NCBI GenBank assembly: GCA_944382105.1
Contig: CALWMX010000054.1
Location: forward strand, 1 to 55,799
Source of the DNA: an uncultured Butyrivibrio sp.
Lineage (GTDB): Bacteria; Bacillota; Clostridia; Lachnospirales; Lachnospiraceae
Direction: 5' to 3'
Length of the DNA stretch: 55,799 bases
Within the stretch, counting starts at the first letter, position 1. Each line of letters starts with the position of its first letter. Positions 29,624 through 38,943 of the stretch are shown piece by piece. The notes beneath the pieces were generated by a model. The model saw only the letters and a program-made list of their open reading frames with translations. It searched no databases and was not told the origin of the DNA. Made by a program: the position numbers and the translations under genes.

Positions 29624-30493
29624 TTAATTACGTATTTTTTTCAATTCCTCAACATCAAATTCATACGCTGTATCGCAGAAATGGCACTTTATCTCAACAG
29701 GTTTATTGTCGGCTATAATCTCATCAAGCTCCTTGCTCCCCAAAAGCGCAAGCGCCTGCCTCACCCGTTCCCTTGAGCACGAACAGTTAAATCCCACAGG
29801 AAGCCTGTCAAGTATTTCCGGTTCAAGGCCGTCGAGCACCATACCCAGTACGTCTTCCGGCGTCATTCCGCTCTCGAAAAGCGACGTTACGGATTTGACC
29901 TTGGAAAGCCTCTCTTCTATCTGAGAAATTGTATCCTCATCGGCGTCAGGCATAACCTGAATTATAAATCCTCCGGCCGTCCTCACCGTATTTTCCTTAT
30001 TCATAAGGACCCCAAGCCCCACCGAAGAGGGTGTCTGCTCGCTTGAGGCAAAATAATATGTGATATCCTCGGCAATCTCGCCTGTAACCAGTTCACATGT
30101 GCCGCTGTACGGCTCTTTCATACCAATGTCTTTTATTACCGTAAGAGTTCCCGTCCCCACGGCTCCCGCTACGTCAAGCTTTCCGGATGAATTGGCAGGC
30201 AAAAGCACGCATGGATTGCCCGGATACCCCTTTACATTGCCCTTTGAGTCGGACGTGACAAGCAGGGATTTGACAGGGCCGCTTCCCTCTACTCTCAATG
30301 TAATTATATCCTTATCGCCTTTCATCATGCTTCCCATCATGGCTCCTGCGGTCAGAAGCCTCCCAAGCGCCGCCGTAACTACAGGGCTTGTATTATGCGC
30401 CTGCCTTGCTTTCTCAACAGTGTCCCTTGTGTAAGCGGCAAAGGCTCTTATTCTGCCGGCTGCTGCTATGGCTCTTACCATGTAATCAGTCAT
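29624..30493 (-). CDS. hslO: Hsp33 redox-regulated chaperone
   Basis: ALGRLLTAG, SEQTPS, CSCS...CHFC zinc motif. Confidence 0.96.
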   Translation of the reverse strand: MTDYMVRAIAAAGRIRAFAAYTRDTVEKARQAHNTSPVVTAALGRLLTAGAMMGSMMKGDKDIITLRVEGSGPVKSLLVTSDSKGNVKGYPGNPCVLLPANSSGKLDVAGAVGTGTLTVIKDIGMKEPYSGTCELVTGEIAEDITYYFASSEQTPSSVGLGVLMNKENTVRTAGGFIIQVMPDADEDTISQIEERLSKVKSVTSLFESGMTPEDVLGMVLDGLEPEILDRLPVGFNCSCSRERVRQALALLGSKELDEIIADNKPVEIKCHFCDTAYEFDVEELKKIRN

Positions 30494-31235
30494 GTTTTTT
30501 CTTCCTTTCAAAAATATAATATAACCTGTCCGCATCCTTATTGGCCGGATGCTTAAAATCTTCATCCAAAACGGATTTCAGCGCAAGGCCTGCCCGTCCG
30601 GCAGCCCCGCATATTTCTTCATGCAGAAATGCATGCTGGACATGCTCCTCGGCATATTTTCTGTACAGCCCGAAAAGAGCTTTGAGATAAAAAGTGATAT
30701 AGTAATAGTTGTTCCGTGTTTCCTCATCATATTCGTTTTCCCAGATATAGCTCCCCTCCGGTATTTCATCGGTGAAAACATTATCTCCGAGCTGCCTGAA
30801 AAATTTTTCTGTTTTTACGTCAAATATCAAAACGCCGTCGTCTGTCAGCGCTCTCCTGACGCAGACAAACATCTGCTCTAAATCGTCATAATTTTGAAGA
30901 TAATTCACCGAATCGCACACGCTCACTACCGCCTGGTACCGTTCTTTTTCCGAAAAAAATCTCATATCCTGTTTTGCAAAGTCAATTCCCGGCAGCTTGC
31001 GCCTTGCCTGCCGCAGCATTTCCTCAGACAAATCCGTTCCTTTAACATGGTATCCGCGCTCCGCAAGGCATCGGGTGAAGTTGCCCGTTCCGCAGCCAAG
31101 CTCCAGCACACGTGCCTCCTTAAATCCCATTTTTTTCAGATATCCGTTTATCTTGTCAGCCCAAAATTCATATGGGATGTCGTCCATAAATCCGTCGTAC
31201 ACACCTGCAAACACCGTATACGGTTTCATACTCAT
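30486..31235 (-). CDS. Class I SAM-dependent methyltransferase
   Basis: VLELGCGTG, DLSEEML, QDMR. Confidence 0.92.
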   Translation of the reverse strand: MSMKPYTVFAGVYDGFMDDIPYEFWADKINGYLKKMGFKEARVLELGCGTGNFTRCLAERGYHVKGTDLSEEMLRQARRKLPGIDFAKQDMRFFSEKERYQAVVSVCDSVNYLQNYDDLEQMFVCVRRALTDDGVLIFDVKTEKFFRQLGDNVFTDEIPEGSYIWENEYDEETRNNYYYITFYLKALFGLYRKYAEEHVQHAFLHEEICGAAGRAGLALKSVLDEDFKHPANKDADRLYYIFERKKKHD

Positions 31236-31371
31236 ACTGCCGTCCTCTTTTGCTTGATTATTTTCTGATGATATTCTATACTTATATCACACGTGATGTC
31301 AATGCATCGTTTCACCGCCGGTGTTCTGCATGCTGACAGTCACATTAAGATTTCCTGAAGGGGCATTGGCC

Positions 31372-32322
31372 ATGAATACACACAACCTCAAACATATCAT
31401 CAGAAAACGCTGTATTTCCCGGCTTTTCCTTCCGGCTGCGGTCTTGGCCGCAGTCATACTGCTTGCCATTGTCAACCCTTTCGAGAACAGATATAAATCC
31501 GTAAACATAACCGAATTATCCCGCACGGAACAATTATTGGCGGAGAATACGGGATATGTAAGTCTTACCCCTGAAGTTCTGTATTATTCGGGCGTTGACT
31601 ACCGTATAAACAACAAAGTCAAGGCAAGAATTTTTTACGCCATAGAAAATGACGTCTGCTACTATTTTATAATTTCCTGCGGTGTTCTTCCTGAAAAATA
31701 CGACACTCTGGAGAATTTCAGTCTCAGCGCCAGACTTATAAACGATGAGGAGCTTCTGAATAAAATAACCCGCTCCATTTCATATGAACTTGATTTTTCC
31801 ATAGACGGTATCAGGAACTACAGCTCACCTGTAATTATAAGCCAGTACCATCTTTTACATGGTTTTACAACCTTTTATCTGGCAACGCTGTCTGTTATCG
31901 GTATTATATCGGCGCTCCACGTAATAGCTGTTGTGTTTGTTGCAGTTATGCCCGGTTTTTCACGAACCGTTGTAAGACTGCGCAAATACGGGAACCGCAA
32001 AACGCTGTTTCGGCTCGCCTGTGATGAATTTGCCGTCTCCAAAGCAACCGCCCGCAAAAACGTATATATAACCGACAGCTTTCTTATATCAATATCACCC
32101 ATAAACGTCGATATAATTCCGTTAGAGAATATCGTATGGATATATAACAACAATGTAATACACAAATCAAACGGCAAAGCAAAAATGTTTTTTCAGCTAT
32201 GCATTGTAACCGACTGCAAAAAGCTTTATAAAATACACCGTATGACCCAAAAGACAGCCGAACGCATAACCGACGTTATCCAGTCCCGTTTTCCGGAAAT
32301 CATGGTCGGCCACGATAACTGA
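31372..32322 (+). CDS. Membrane protein (two TM segments, C-terminal bPH-like domain; DUF6709-like)
   Basis: Long ORF, two hydrophobic segments, IIPLENIVWIY motif. Confidence 0.6.
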   Translation: MNTHNLKHIIRKRCISRLFLPAAVLAAVILLAIVNPFENRYKSVNITELSRTEQLLAENTGYVSLTPEVLYYSGVDYRINNKVKARIFYAIENDVCYYFIISCGVLPEKYDTLENFSLSARLINDEELLNKITRSISYELDFSIDGIRNYSSPVIISQYHLLHGFTTFYLATLSVIGIISALHVIAVVFVAVMPGFSRTVVRLRKYGNRKTLFRLACDEFAVSKATARKNVYITDSFLISISPINVDIIPLENIVWIYNNNVIHKSNGKAKMFFQLCIVTDCKKLYKIHRMTQKTAERITDVIQSRFPEIMVGHDN

Positions 32323-32335
32323 ATTATTATGTATG

Positions 32336-32384
32336 AAACAGGACATCCCTCAGACCGCATTACTGCTTTCGGGATGTCCTGTTT
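32336..32384. terminator. Bidirectional terminator
   Basis: AAACAGGACATCCC/GGGATGTCCTGTTT between convergent genes. Confidence 0.82.
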
Positions 32385-32444
32385 TGATAATAATTTTATA
32401 TGCTTTGCAGACGCTGTCCTTGTGACAGCCGTTTTATAATTCTT

Positions 32445-32951
32445 TTAAGCGTTTTTTCCGCAGCACTTCTTGTACTTAAGACCGCTTCCGCATGGACATG
32501 GGTCATTTCGTCCTACTTTTTTCCCTTTAACTACTGTGGTGGAAAGCTTCTGCTCCTTGTAAAGAACTTTCCTTCTGTCGGCATCAATTAATTCATCCCA
32601 CTCCGGAAGTTCATAAAGCCATTCCGCCTTGGCTCCCACCATATTCTTATAGAGAAGCTCCATGTCATAGTCAAGACTGACCTGAGTATCCTCCTCCATA
32701 GTCTCAATCGGGTTAGGCGTCTTAAGGCTGTCATTGATTCCGTCAAGAAATCCTACCATTATCATAAGGTCAACGTTATATTTGTCTGCAAGCTCCTTAA
32801 CCGTACCGCTTACAGGCTCGTCCGGAGTCTTGAGGATTTGCTCATATATCCCTTTTTCAAGATTAAAATAATTTGCCCAGAACATCTGTTCGGCTCTCGC
32901 ATCTCTTTCCTGTTCATAGGCGCTGTTTCTCCACTTTTCCAATAATGTCAT
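32445..32951 (-). CDS. SEC-C metal-binding motif protein
   Basis: C-terminal [21 protein letters not shown]. Confidence 0.92.
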   Translation of the reverse strand: MTLLEKWRNSAYEQERDARAEQMFWANYFNLEKGIYEQILKTPDEPVSGTVKELADKYNVDLMIMVGFLDGINDSLKTPNPIETMEEDTQVSLDYDMELLYKNMVGAKAEWLYELPEWDELIDADRRKVLYKEQKLSTTVVKGKKVGRNDPCPCGSGLKYKKCCGKNA

Positions 32952-33003
32952 AACAAATCTCCTAAATATCAGTAGTATCCGTCCGCATTATCCGGACTTA
33001 AAA

Positions 33004-33032
33004 AGTATATAACAATTAATCGAAACCGTCAA
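33004..33032 (-). promoter_or_regulatory. Sigma-A promoter of SEC-C gene
   Basis: TTGACG-N17-TATACT. Confidence 0.6.
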
Positions 33033-33069
33033 CTGATGAATATTTTTTTCATTCGCGCTAATAATATTA

Positions 33070-33181
33070 CCGGGAAGTGATACTTCCCACACTAAAATCG
33101 GCACAGATTTTTTTCTGCGCCGAATCCTCCCCTTTAGAGGTGCCGCCAGTCAACCCCCCATTCTCCGGCGGCACCGTTTTT
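33070..33181 (+). ncRNA. Candidate small regulatory RNA
   Basis: Three hairpins, unpaired CCTCCCCTTT, terminator GGTGCCGCC/GGCGGCACC+T tract, sigma-F/G-like promoter at 33038-33066. Confidence 0.5.
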
Positions 33182-33336
33182 ATGAATCCAAAGGACGTCC
33201 CGGTTTTTTAGGCTTCGGAGAATATTTTCCATTTTGTTTTTCCGTATTTTCACCTGATTTTGCCGCTGGCCCTTGTATTTAGCGAAGCTCTGTGATATCA
33301 TCAATTTTAAACTGGACTGCTCCCATGGAGGTTACT

Positions 33337-33621
33337 ATGAAGAAAAAAATTACCGCAAAACAGGTAATGGCGATAATCTGCGTAATTTTGCTGGCCGGCA
33401 TGTACATATCCACGCTTGTTTTTGCAATAATCGGAAGCCCGCTTTCAACACGGCTTTTAAAAGCCGCATTATTGTCAACTATAATCATTCCTATAGTGGC
33501 ATATTTTTTAATGATGTTCTACAGGCTTACACACAAGAATGACGACAATTATAAATACGATAATAATGACGGCTCCGTACAGGACGCAGAGACGGAACAG
33601 TCGGAAGATGAGGATAGATAA
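33337..33621 (+). CDS. Small two-TM membrane protein
   Basis: GGAGG RBS, two hydrophobic helices, acidic tail. Confidence 0.75.
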   Translation: MKKKITAKQVMAIICVILLAGMYISTLVFAIIGSPLSTRLLKAALLSTIIIPIVAYFLMMFYRLTHKNDDNYKYDNNDGSVQDAETEQSEDEDR

Positions 33622-33639
33622 GCCGCTCTTTGTTCTATC

Positions 33640-35337
33640 TCAAACCGGTATGCTGTCTCTTACGCACAGAGCTCCCCACCCGGTTTTTTGCGACGGTACC
33701 GGTATTCCGGCTAACGGTCTTGCGCCGCGTATCAGATAGGCCTTTACCTTTTCACCGTACAGATACCGGTCGTTTCCCATGACAATTCCCCATTGCATAA
33801 GCAGCGCTGCTGCTCCCGTCACGAAAGGCGCAGCCATGGAGGTTCCGCTCCTTGCAGTATATCCTCCTCCCGGTGCTGCCGAGCGCACATTCACTCCCGG
33901 CGCAACGATATCCGGTTTTACGGTTTCTATAACTCTGGTATATCCTCTTCCTGAAAAATCGGCATAGGCTCCGGTTCTCTGGTTGTATGCTCCCACGGTT
34001 ATTACATTGTAAGAGGTGGACGGTATGGTCAATGTCACCTCCGGTTCCGTGCCGATAAATCCTGTATCATTGCTGACAAAGCTTCCGGCTGGCAGCCACA
34101 TATGATATCTGCCGTCCCTTACTCTTACCGCTTCAACCTCAAATCTCCATATTCCTGATGATATGTAATCCAAGCCAATCATCTGGATTAATATTTCCTG
34201 ATTGGGGCTGTATGGCGCAGGCATTCCGTAATAAACATATATCTCGGTTGTTCCCGCCATATATTTTGTGATAACGTCTTCTCCCTGTAACGGTCCGTAC
34301 CTTGTTCCATCCGGCGCTATTATTGTAAACAGCAGCAGGTCAGCATAATTTTTCCATATCTGTATATCAATAAAAGGCTCATATCTTCCTATAACAAGCT
34401 CACTGACTATTTTCCCGGATACTGCCCCCTCGTCAAACTGTCTGCTTATATGGATACCCTTTGCCGCCTCATTGCCGCTTCCCGCCACTATGACGCATTT
34501 CCATGTATTGCTGACGGTATTTATATATGTTTCAAGAAGGGCGCTTCCGTCATGAGCGCCGTAATTATTTCCGAAGCTTAAGTTCACCGCAAGAGGCATG
34601 TTAAGCTCCGACGCCTTTATTATAACGTAATCCAGCGCCTCCATAAGCCTTGCGCTGCTGAAAAATCTGTCGCTTCCAAGCTTCACTACCAGAAGCTTTG
34701 CTTCATATGCAACCCCCCTGTACCTTCCCTGGGACGCCCTGCCGTTTCCAGCGGCGATTCCTGCCACATGGGTGCCGTGACCGCTTATATCCGTTACGGG
34801 GACACGGTCTGCTTCGCCGTTCAGCGCGGCGTTAATATCATCGGAATTATATACTTTTCCTGTCTGTTCATCAAACAGCTCAATGATTCTTGTGGTACCG
34901 TCGGCGTTAATAAAATCGGGATGTGTATAGTCCACCGAGCTGTCTATGACGGCCACTATCACGCCTTCGCCGTTAAGCCGGCCAAGTTCCCCGTATCCGC
35001 TTCCACCGTACTGGAAATCAAGGCAGGATGCGCTTGTGGAATACTCCAGATCGAAAAACATTTTTTTTGGTTTTTCCACAAATATAACCTGCGGCAGCGA
35101 TGCAAATTCTTCTATGTTTTCCTGAGGAAGCGTCACAAGCGCATATCCCCCTATAAGGATTTTGATATTGTTTATAAGCCCCGCAGCCGCTCTTTCAATA
35201 TCACCGCTGTAGCGGATTATCAGTTCCCAGCTTCCTTCCGCCTCGTTAAATCCCGTATTCAAATCATCGGTGCGTATACGTTCTTCCTCCGGAAGGCTGA
35301 TTGCAAGGTTTAACTGGTTCTCTATTTTCTGGTCCAT
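33640..35337 (-). CDS. Csp-family (CspA/CspB-like) subtilisin-like spore germination protease
   Basis: VAVIDS, GHGTHVAG, SGTSMAAP triad intact; jelly-roll insert; LLMQWGIV..YLYGEKVKAYLIRGA. Confidence 0.9.
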   Translation of the reverse strand: MDQKIENQLNLAISLPEEERIRTDDLNTGFNEAEGSWELIIRYSGDIERAAAGLINNIKILIGGYALVTLPQENIEEFASLPQVIFVEKPKKMFFDLEYSTSASCLDFQYGGSGYGELGRLNGEGVIVAVIDSSVDYTHPDFINADGTTRIIELFDEQTGKVYNSDDINAALNGEADRVPVTDISGHGTHVAGIAAGNGRASQGRYRGVAYEAKLLVVKLGSDRFFSSARLMEALDYVIIKASELNMPLAVNLSFGNNYGAHDGSALLETYINTVSNTWKCVIVAGSGNEAAKGIHISRQFDEGAVSGKIVSELVIGRYEPFIDIQIWKNYADLLLFTIIAPDGTRYGPLQGEDVITKYMAGTTEIYVYYGMPAPYSPNQEILIQMIGLDYISSGIWRFEVEAVRVRDGRYHMWLPAGSFVSNDTGFIGTEPEVTLTIPSTSYNVITVGAYNQRTGAYADFSGRGYTRVIETVKPDIVAPGVNVRSAAPGGGYTARSGTSMAAPFVTGAAALLMQWGIVMGNDRYLYGEKVKAYLIRGARPLAGIPVPSQKTGWGALCVRDSIPV

Positions 35338-35370
35338 ACATACCCGAATATATGTTACAGGATTAAATAA

Positions 35371-35399
35371 AATATATGGGGACTTCACCGTATTTATTA
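35371..35399 (-). promoter_or_regulatory. Putative sigma-E promoter of Csp protease
   Basis: TAATAAA-N14-CATATATT. Confidence 0.5.
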
Positions 35400-35409
35400 C
35401 ATTCCGGCG

Positions 35410-38400
35410 TTAAATTTCCGGAAAATCCAATGCAATCTCCTTATTCAGGCTCACAGAGTATATAAAACAGCCTCCCATTTTCCTGCCCGTTATTTTACAC
35501 AATGCATCGCAGTAAAGCTCAAGCTGTTTTTTGTAACGCTCCGTAAGCATGTTTTCTCCTGCGCTGCCCCGCGGCACTCTGTCGGTCTTATAATCCACAA
35601 GATACACTTTGTCCTCTCTGAAAAAGAACGCGTCGATTATTCCCTGTACAAGCACCTTTTCTTCGGACGGATAACGGCAGTCAATTTTTGACGCATCCAC
35701 CTCCATAGTAAACGGCTGTTCCCGGAAAAGAAGCTTTTGCCGGAATGCTTCTTTCATCATTTGACCCAAAGGAGTTTTTACAAACCTTACGAATTTTTCA
35801 CAGTCGATAAGCTTTCCGTATTCCTCAGACAGCCTGCCGTCCCGCTTAAGCCGCTCCAACTGCGCCGCCATGCCGTCAAGGCTGTCCGCGCTGTCATAAT
35901 CCAGCAGTTCAAACACTTTATGATATGCGTTGCCGTAGGATATTCCGTTTTGTTCCTTCGTCTCAATAAACGACGGGACGGGCTTTGTCCGCTCCTCGCC
36001 CGTTATCTGCGCTTCCATAAACCTGTTTTCTTCCGAATCCTTATGTTTCAGCTCAGAAACGGAATATTTTGCCCTTAGGGCGGATATATCGCTGTGCGGA
36101 TATGAATAATCAAGAATTGCGCACACCTTTTCATATTCCGCCTTGTCAGTCTCGGCGCCCGATATATCAGATATTGCATCCAGCAATCGGGAGGTCTGTC
36201 TCAGAACCGGTTTTGCGGCACTTTCCATAAGCTCATCAGGCGCAATCACTGTGACCCTGAACCTTCCCTTTGAGTCCGCTTTAAGGGCAGCCGGCATCAC
36301 TATATCTATATAGCTTCTGTTTTCCATAATATAATTCATATCCATATGACCTGTGCGTGACGTTATTTTCCACCGGTGCATATTTTGTTCAGTCTTTGTG
36401 ACTCCCAGCATTATAAGCCTGTCAATCGCTCTTGTCATTGCCACATAAAGAACTCTCAGCTCTTCGCCTATATTGTCCGACATGATTTTGACCGCAAGCA
36501 TATTCCTGTAGGCCGTGTCCCTTCTGATTCTGTATTTTAAATCCACGTCGGTCATACCAATTCCGTAATCGCTGTCATATATAATAGTTCTTTTGGTGTC
36601 TTCAATATTGTATTCCTTTCCCATGTTGCCGATAATTACCACGGGAAATTCAAGTCCCTTGCTCTTATGTATGCTCATTATACGCACAACGTCGTCTTCC
36701 TCTGATTCACACTGAGCCTCGCCGTAATCCACCTCATATTTACGGAGCTTTTCAATGTATCTGAGAAAATTAAAGAGTCCGGAATAACTGGTTTTTTCAT
36801 ATTGACGGGCTTTCTGGACCAGCATGTCAAGGTTTGCTTTTCTTGCATTTCCTCCGCTCATTGCCCCTATATAATCATAGTATCCGCTGTTATATATAAT
36901 ATCCGATATTAATTCATTGATCGTTTCCGTTTTGGAGCGTTCCCTGTACTTTTCTATAAATGATAACAGCTCCCTGCACTTTCCGGAAAGCGCGTCGTTT
37001 CGCTTTCCATACTCAATCAGGCAGTCATAAAGCTGGGTCTTGCGTTTCCTGCCTTTGATTAACGCCATCTCTTCAGCGGCAAAATATGCAAAATATGAAC
37101 GCATAACTCCTGCCAGCGGAATTTCCTGACGCGGATTATCAATTACACGCAGCAAATCCATAACATTGCTCACTTCATAAGAATCAAAATACCCCGTTGT
37201 CCTGGAATATACGCAGGGGATTTCCTGAGCGCGCAGAACCTCCGCATATTTGGGCGCATCCTTTTTATCGTTTCTGAGCAGAATGACTATATCCCTGAAA
37301 CGCAGCGATGCATCCTCTGCCATAAGCTGCCTGATTTTGTAAGCTGCCATGTTGCAGTATATATCCGTAGTGTCCGCATCTTCAAATTCCGCCTTGTCAG
37401 CCAACATTACCTCAGTAACGTCTTCTCTGTCATATGACGGCTCAAGACCGCAGTTTAAGCTTACATCCTCGGTATACTCCACACCGCCCACGCATTTTTT
37501 CATTGCCATATAAAAGACATCATTCACCGTATCAAGTACGTTGGCACGGCTCCTGAAATTTTTATGAAGCTCTATTCTGACATACTTTCCTTCATCTGCA
37601 TAGCTGTCATATTTTTCCATGAAAAGCTCGGGCTTGGCCATTCTGAACTTGTATATGCTCTGTTTTACATCCCCCACCATAAACATGTCCGGCTGCCCGA
37701 AGCGTTCCCTTGATACTGCCTTCAATATACATTCCTGTACAAGATTGCTGTCCTGATATTCATCGATATATATCTCCTCATACTGTTCCGCCAGCTCGTC
37801 GGCAACTTCCGTATAACCTATTTCGCCGCCATTGCGTGTTACAAGAATATCAAGCGCATAATGCTCTATGTCCGAAAAATCCGCTATGTTTCTGTCAGTT
37901 TTTGCTTTGCCGTATTCAACGGTAAATTCTTTTGCAAGTTCCGTGATAACCTTTGCGTACTTCCTGCACTCGCCCATTCTGAGATGCTGCGTCCTGCTGC
38001 CTGCCAGATATTTTTCCCTGATATTGGAAATCCTTTTTTTGATGCTTTTCCGTGCAGCCTGTACAGATTCCTTAAGCTCATCATCTGCATCCTTGACGGG
38101 CGGCAGTCTTTTGAATTCAATATCCGAAGCTGCCTCAAGCTGTGCCAGCGTGCTGCACTCCGTAATTTTTCTTAAGGATTCCATCTCTTCATTGAGCCTG
38201 TCGGCATATTTGGCCGGACCGGACGGTTCCATACAGCAGTCCAGCATTATTCTGTATTCTTCCATGCATTCCTCTGCGGAGGAAATTATATATCGGACGG
38301 TTTTTTGTACCAACGGCAGTTTTTCGTATTCTTCCTGCGATAAAATATTGTACGCGTCCATACATCCGTCAAGCCACTCAAGAGGCCACGGGTTGCTTTG

Positions 38401-38943
38401 GGCAAAACGGTAAAGCCCTGTAACAATTTCATATATGCGGTCCATATTTTTACCGCCGGCAAAAGCCTCCGCGAAATCTTCAAACGCCTCGTCACCCTCC
38501 GAGAGATGCTTTTCTATCACAGCGTCCATTACATCGCTCATCATAAGATTCATCTCTCCCTCATCCGCAATACGGAAGGACGGGTCAATGCCTATGGAAT
38601 TATAATAATTTCTCACAACATAAGAACAGAAGCTGTCTATCGTACAGATTCTGGCGCTGTCCAGAAGCGAAAGCTGTTTTATCAGATGCCTGTTTTCCGG
38701 ATTGGCAATAACCTCCTTCTCAAAGGCCCTGCCAAGTCTCGATTTCATCTCCTCTGCCGCCGCTTTTGTAAAAGTAACAACAACTATATCATCAATGCCC
38801 AGAGGAGATACCGGGTCGGTTATCCTTTGTATTATGCGTTCCACTAAAACCGCTGTTTTGCCGGAGCCCGCCGCCGCGCTGACCAACAGGTTGCCGCCGC
38901 GAAAATCAATAGCCTTTTGTTGTTCCGTCGTCCACGCCATCAC
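35410..38943 (-). CDS. addA: ATP-dependent helicase/nuclease subunit A
   Basis: AAAGSGKT, IDEYQD, VGDVKQSIYKFR, HKSKGLEF, YVAMTRA, QGIID..VDYKTD. Confidence 0.97.
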   Translation of the reverse strand: MMAWTTEQQKAIDFRGGNLLVSAAAGSGKTAVLVERIIQRITDPVSPLGIDDIVVVTFTKAAAEEMKSRLGRAFEKEVIANPENRHLIKQLSLLDSARICTIDSFCSYVVRNYYNSIGIDPSFRIADEGEMNLMMSDVMDAVIEKHLSEGDEAFEDFAEAFAGGKNMDRIYEIVTGLYRFAQSNPWPLEWLDGCMDAYNILSQEEYEKLPLVQKTVRYIISSAEECMEEYRIMLDCCMEPSGPAKYADRLNEEMESLRKITECSTLAQLEAASDIEFKRLPPVKDADDELKESVQAARKSIKKRISNIREKYLAGSRTQHLRMGECRKYAKVITELAKEFTVEYGKAKTDRNIADFSDIEHYALDILVTRNGGEIGYTEVADELAEQYEEIYIDEYQDSNLVQECILKAVSRERFGQPDMFMVGDVKQSIYKFRMAKPELFMEKYDSYADEGKYVRIELHKNFRSRANVLDTVNDVFYMAMKKCVGGVEYTEDVSLNCGLEPSYDREDVTEVMLADKAEFEDADTTDIYCNMAAYKIRQLMAEDASLRFRDIVILLRNDKKDAPKYAEVLRAQEIPCVYSRTTGYFDSYEVSNVMDLLRVIDNPRQEIPLAGVMRSYFAYFAAEEMALIKGRKRKTQLYDCLIEYGKRNDALSGKCRELLSFIEKYRERSKTETINELISDIIYNSGYYDYIGAMSGGNARKANLDMLVQKARQYEKTSYSGLFNFLRYIEKLRKYEVDYGEAQCESEEDDVVRIMSIHKSKGLEFPVVIIGNMGKEYNIEDTKRTIIYDSDYGIGMTDVDLKYRIRRDTAYRNMLAVKIMSDNIGEELRVLYVAMTRAIDRLIMLGVTKTEQNMHRWKITSRTGHMDMNYIMENRSYIDIVMPAALKADSKGRFRVTVIAPDELMESAAKPVLRQTSRLLDAISDISGAETDKAEYEKVCAILDYSYPHSDISALRAKYSVSELKHKDSEENRFMEAQITGEERTKPVPSFIETKEQNGISYGNAYHKVFELLDYDSADSLDGMAAQLERLKRDGRLSEEYGKLIDCEKFVRFVKTPLGQMMKEAFRQKLLFREQPFTMEVDASKIDCRYPSEEKVLVQGIIDAFFFREDKVYLVDYKTDRVPRGSAGENMLTERYKKQLELYCDALCKITGRKMGGCFIYSVSLNKEIALDFPEI

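Noticed and set aside
33640-35337. CspC-type pseudoprotease germinant receptor
   Set aside because: Asp, His and Ser catalytic motifs are all intact
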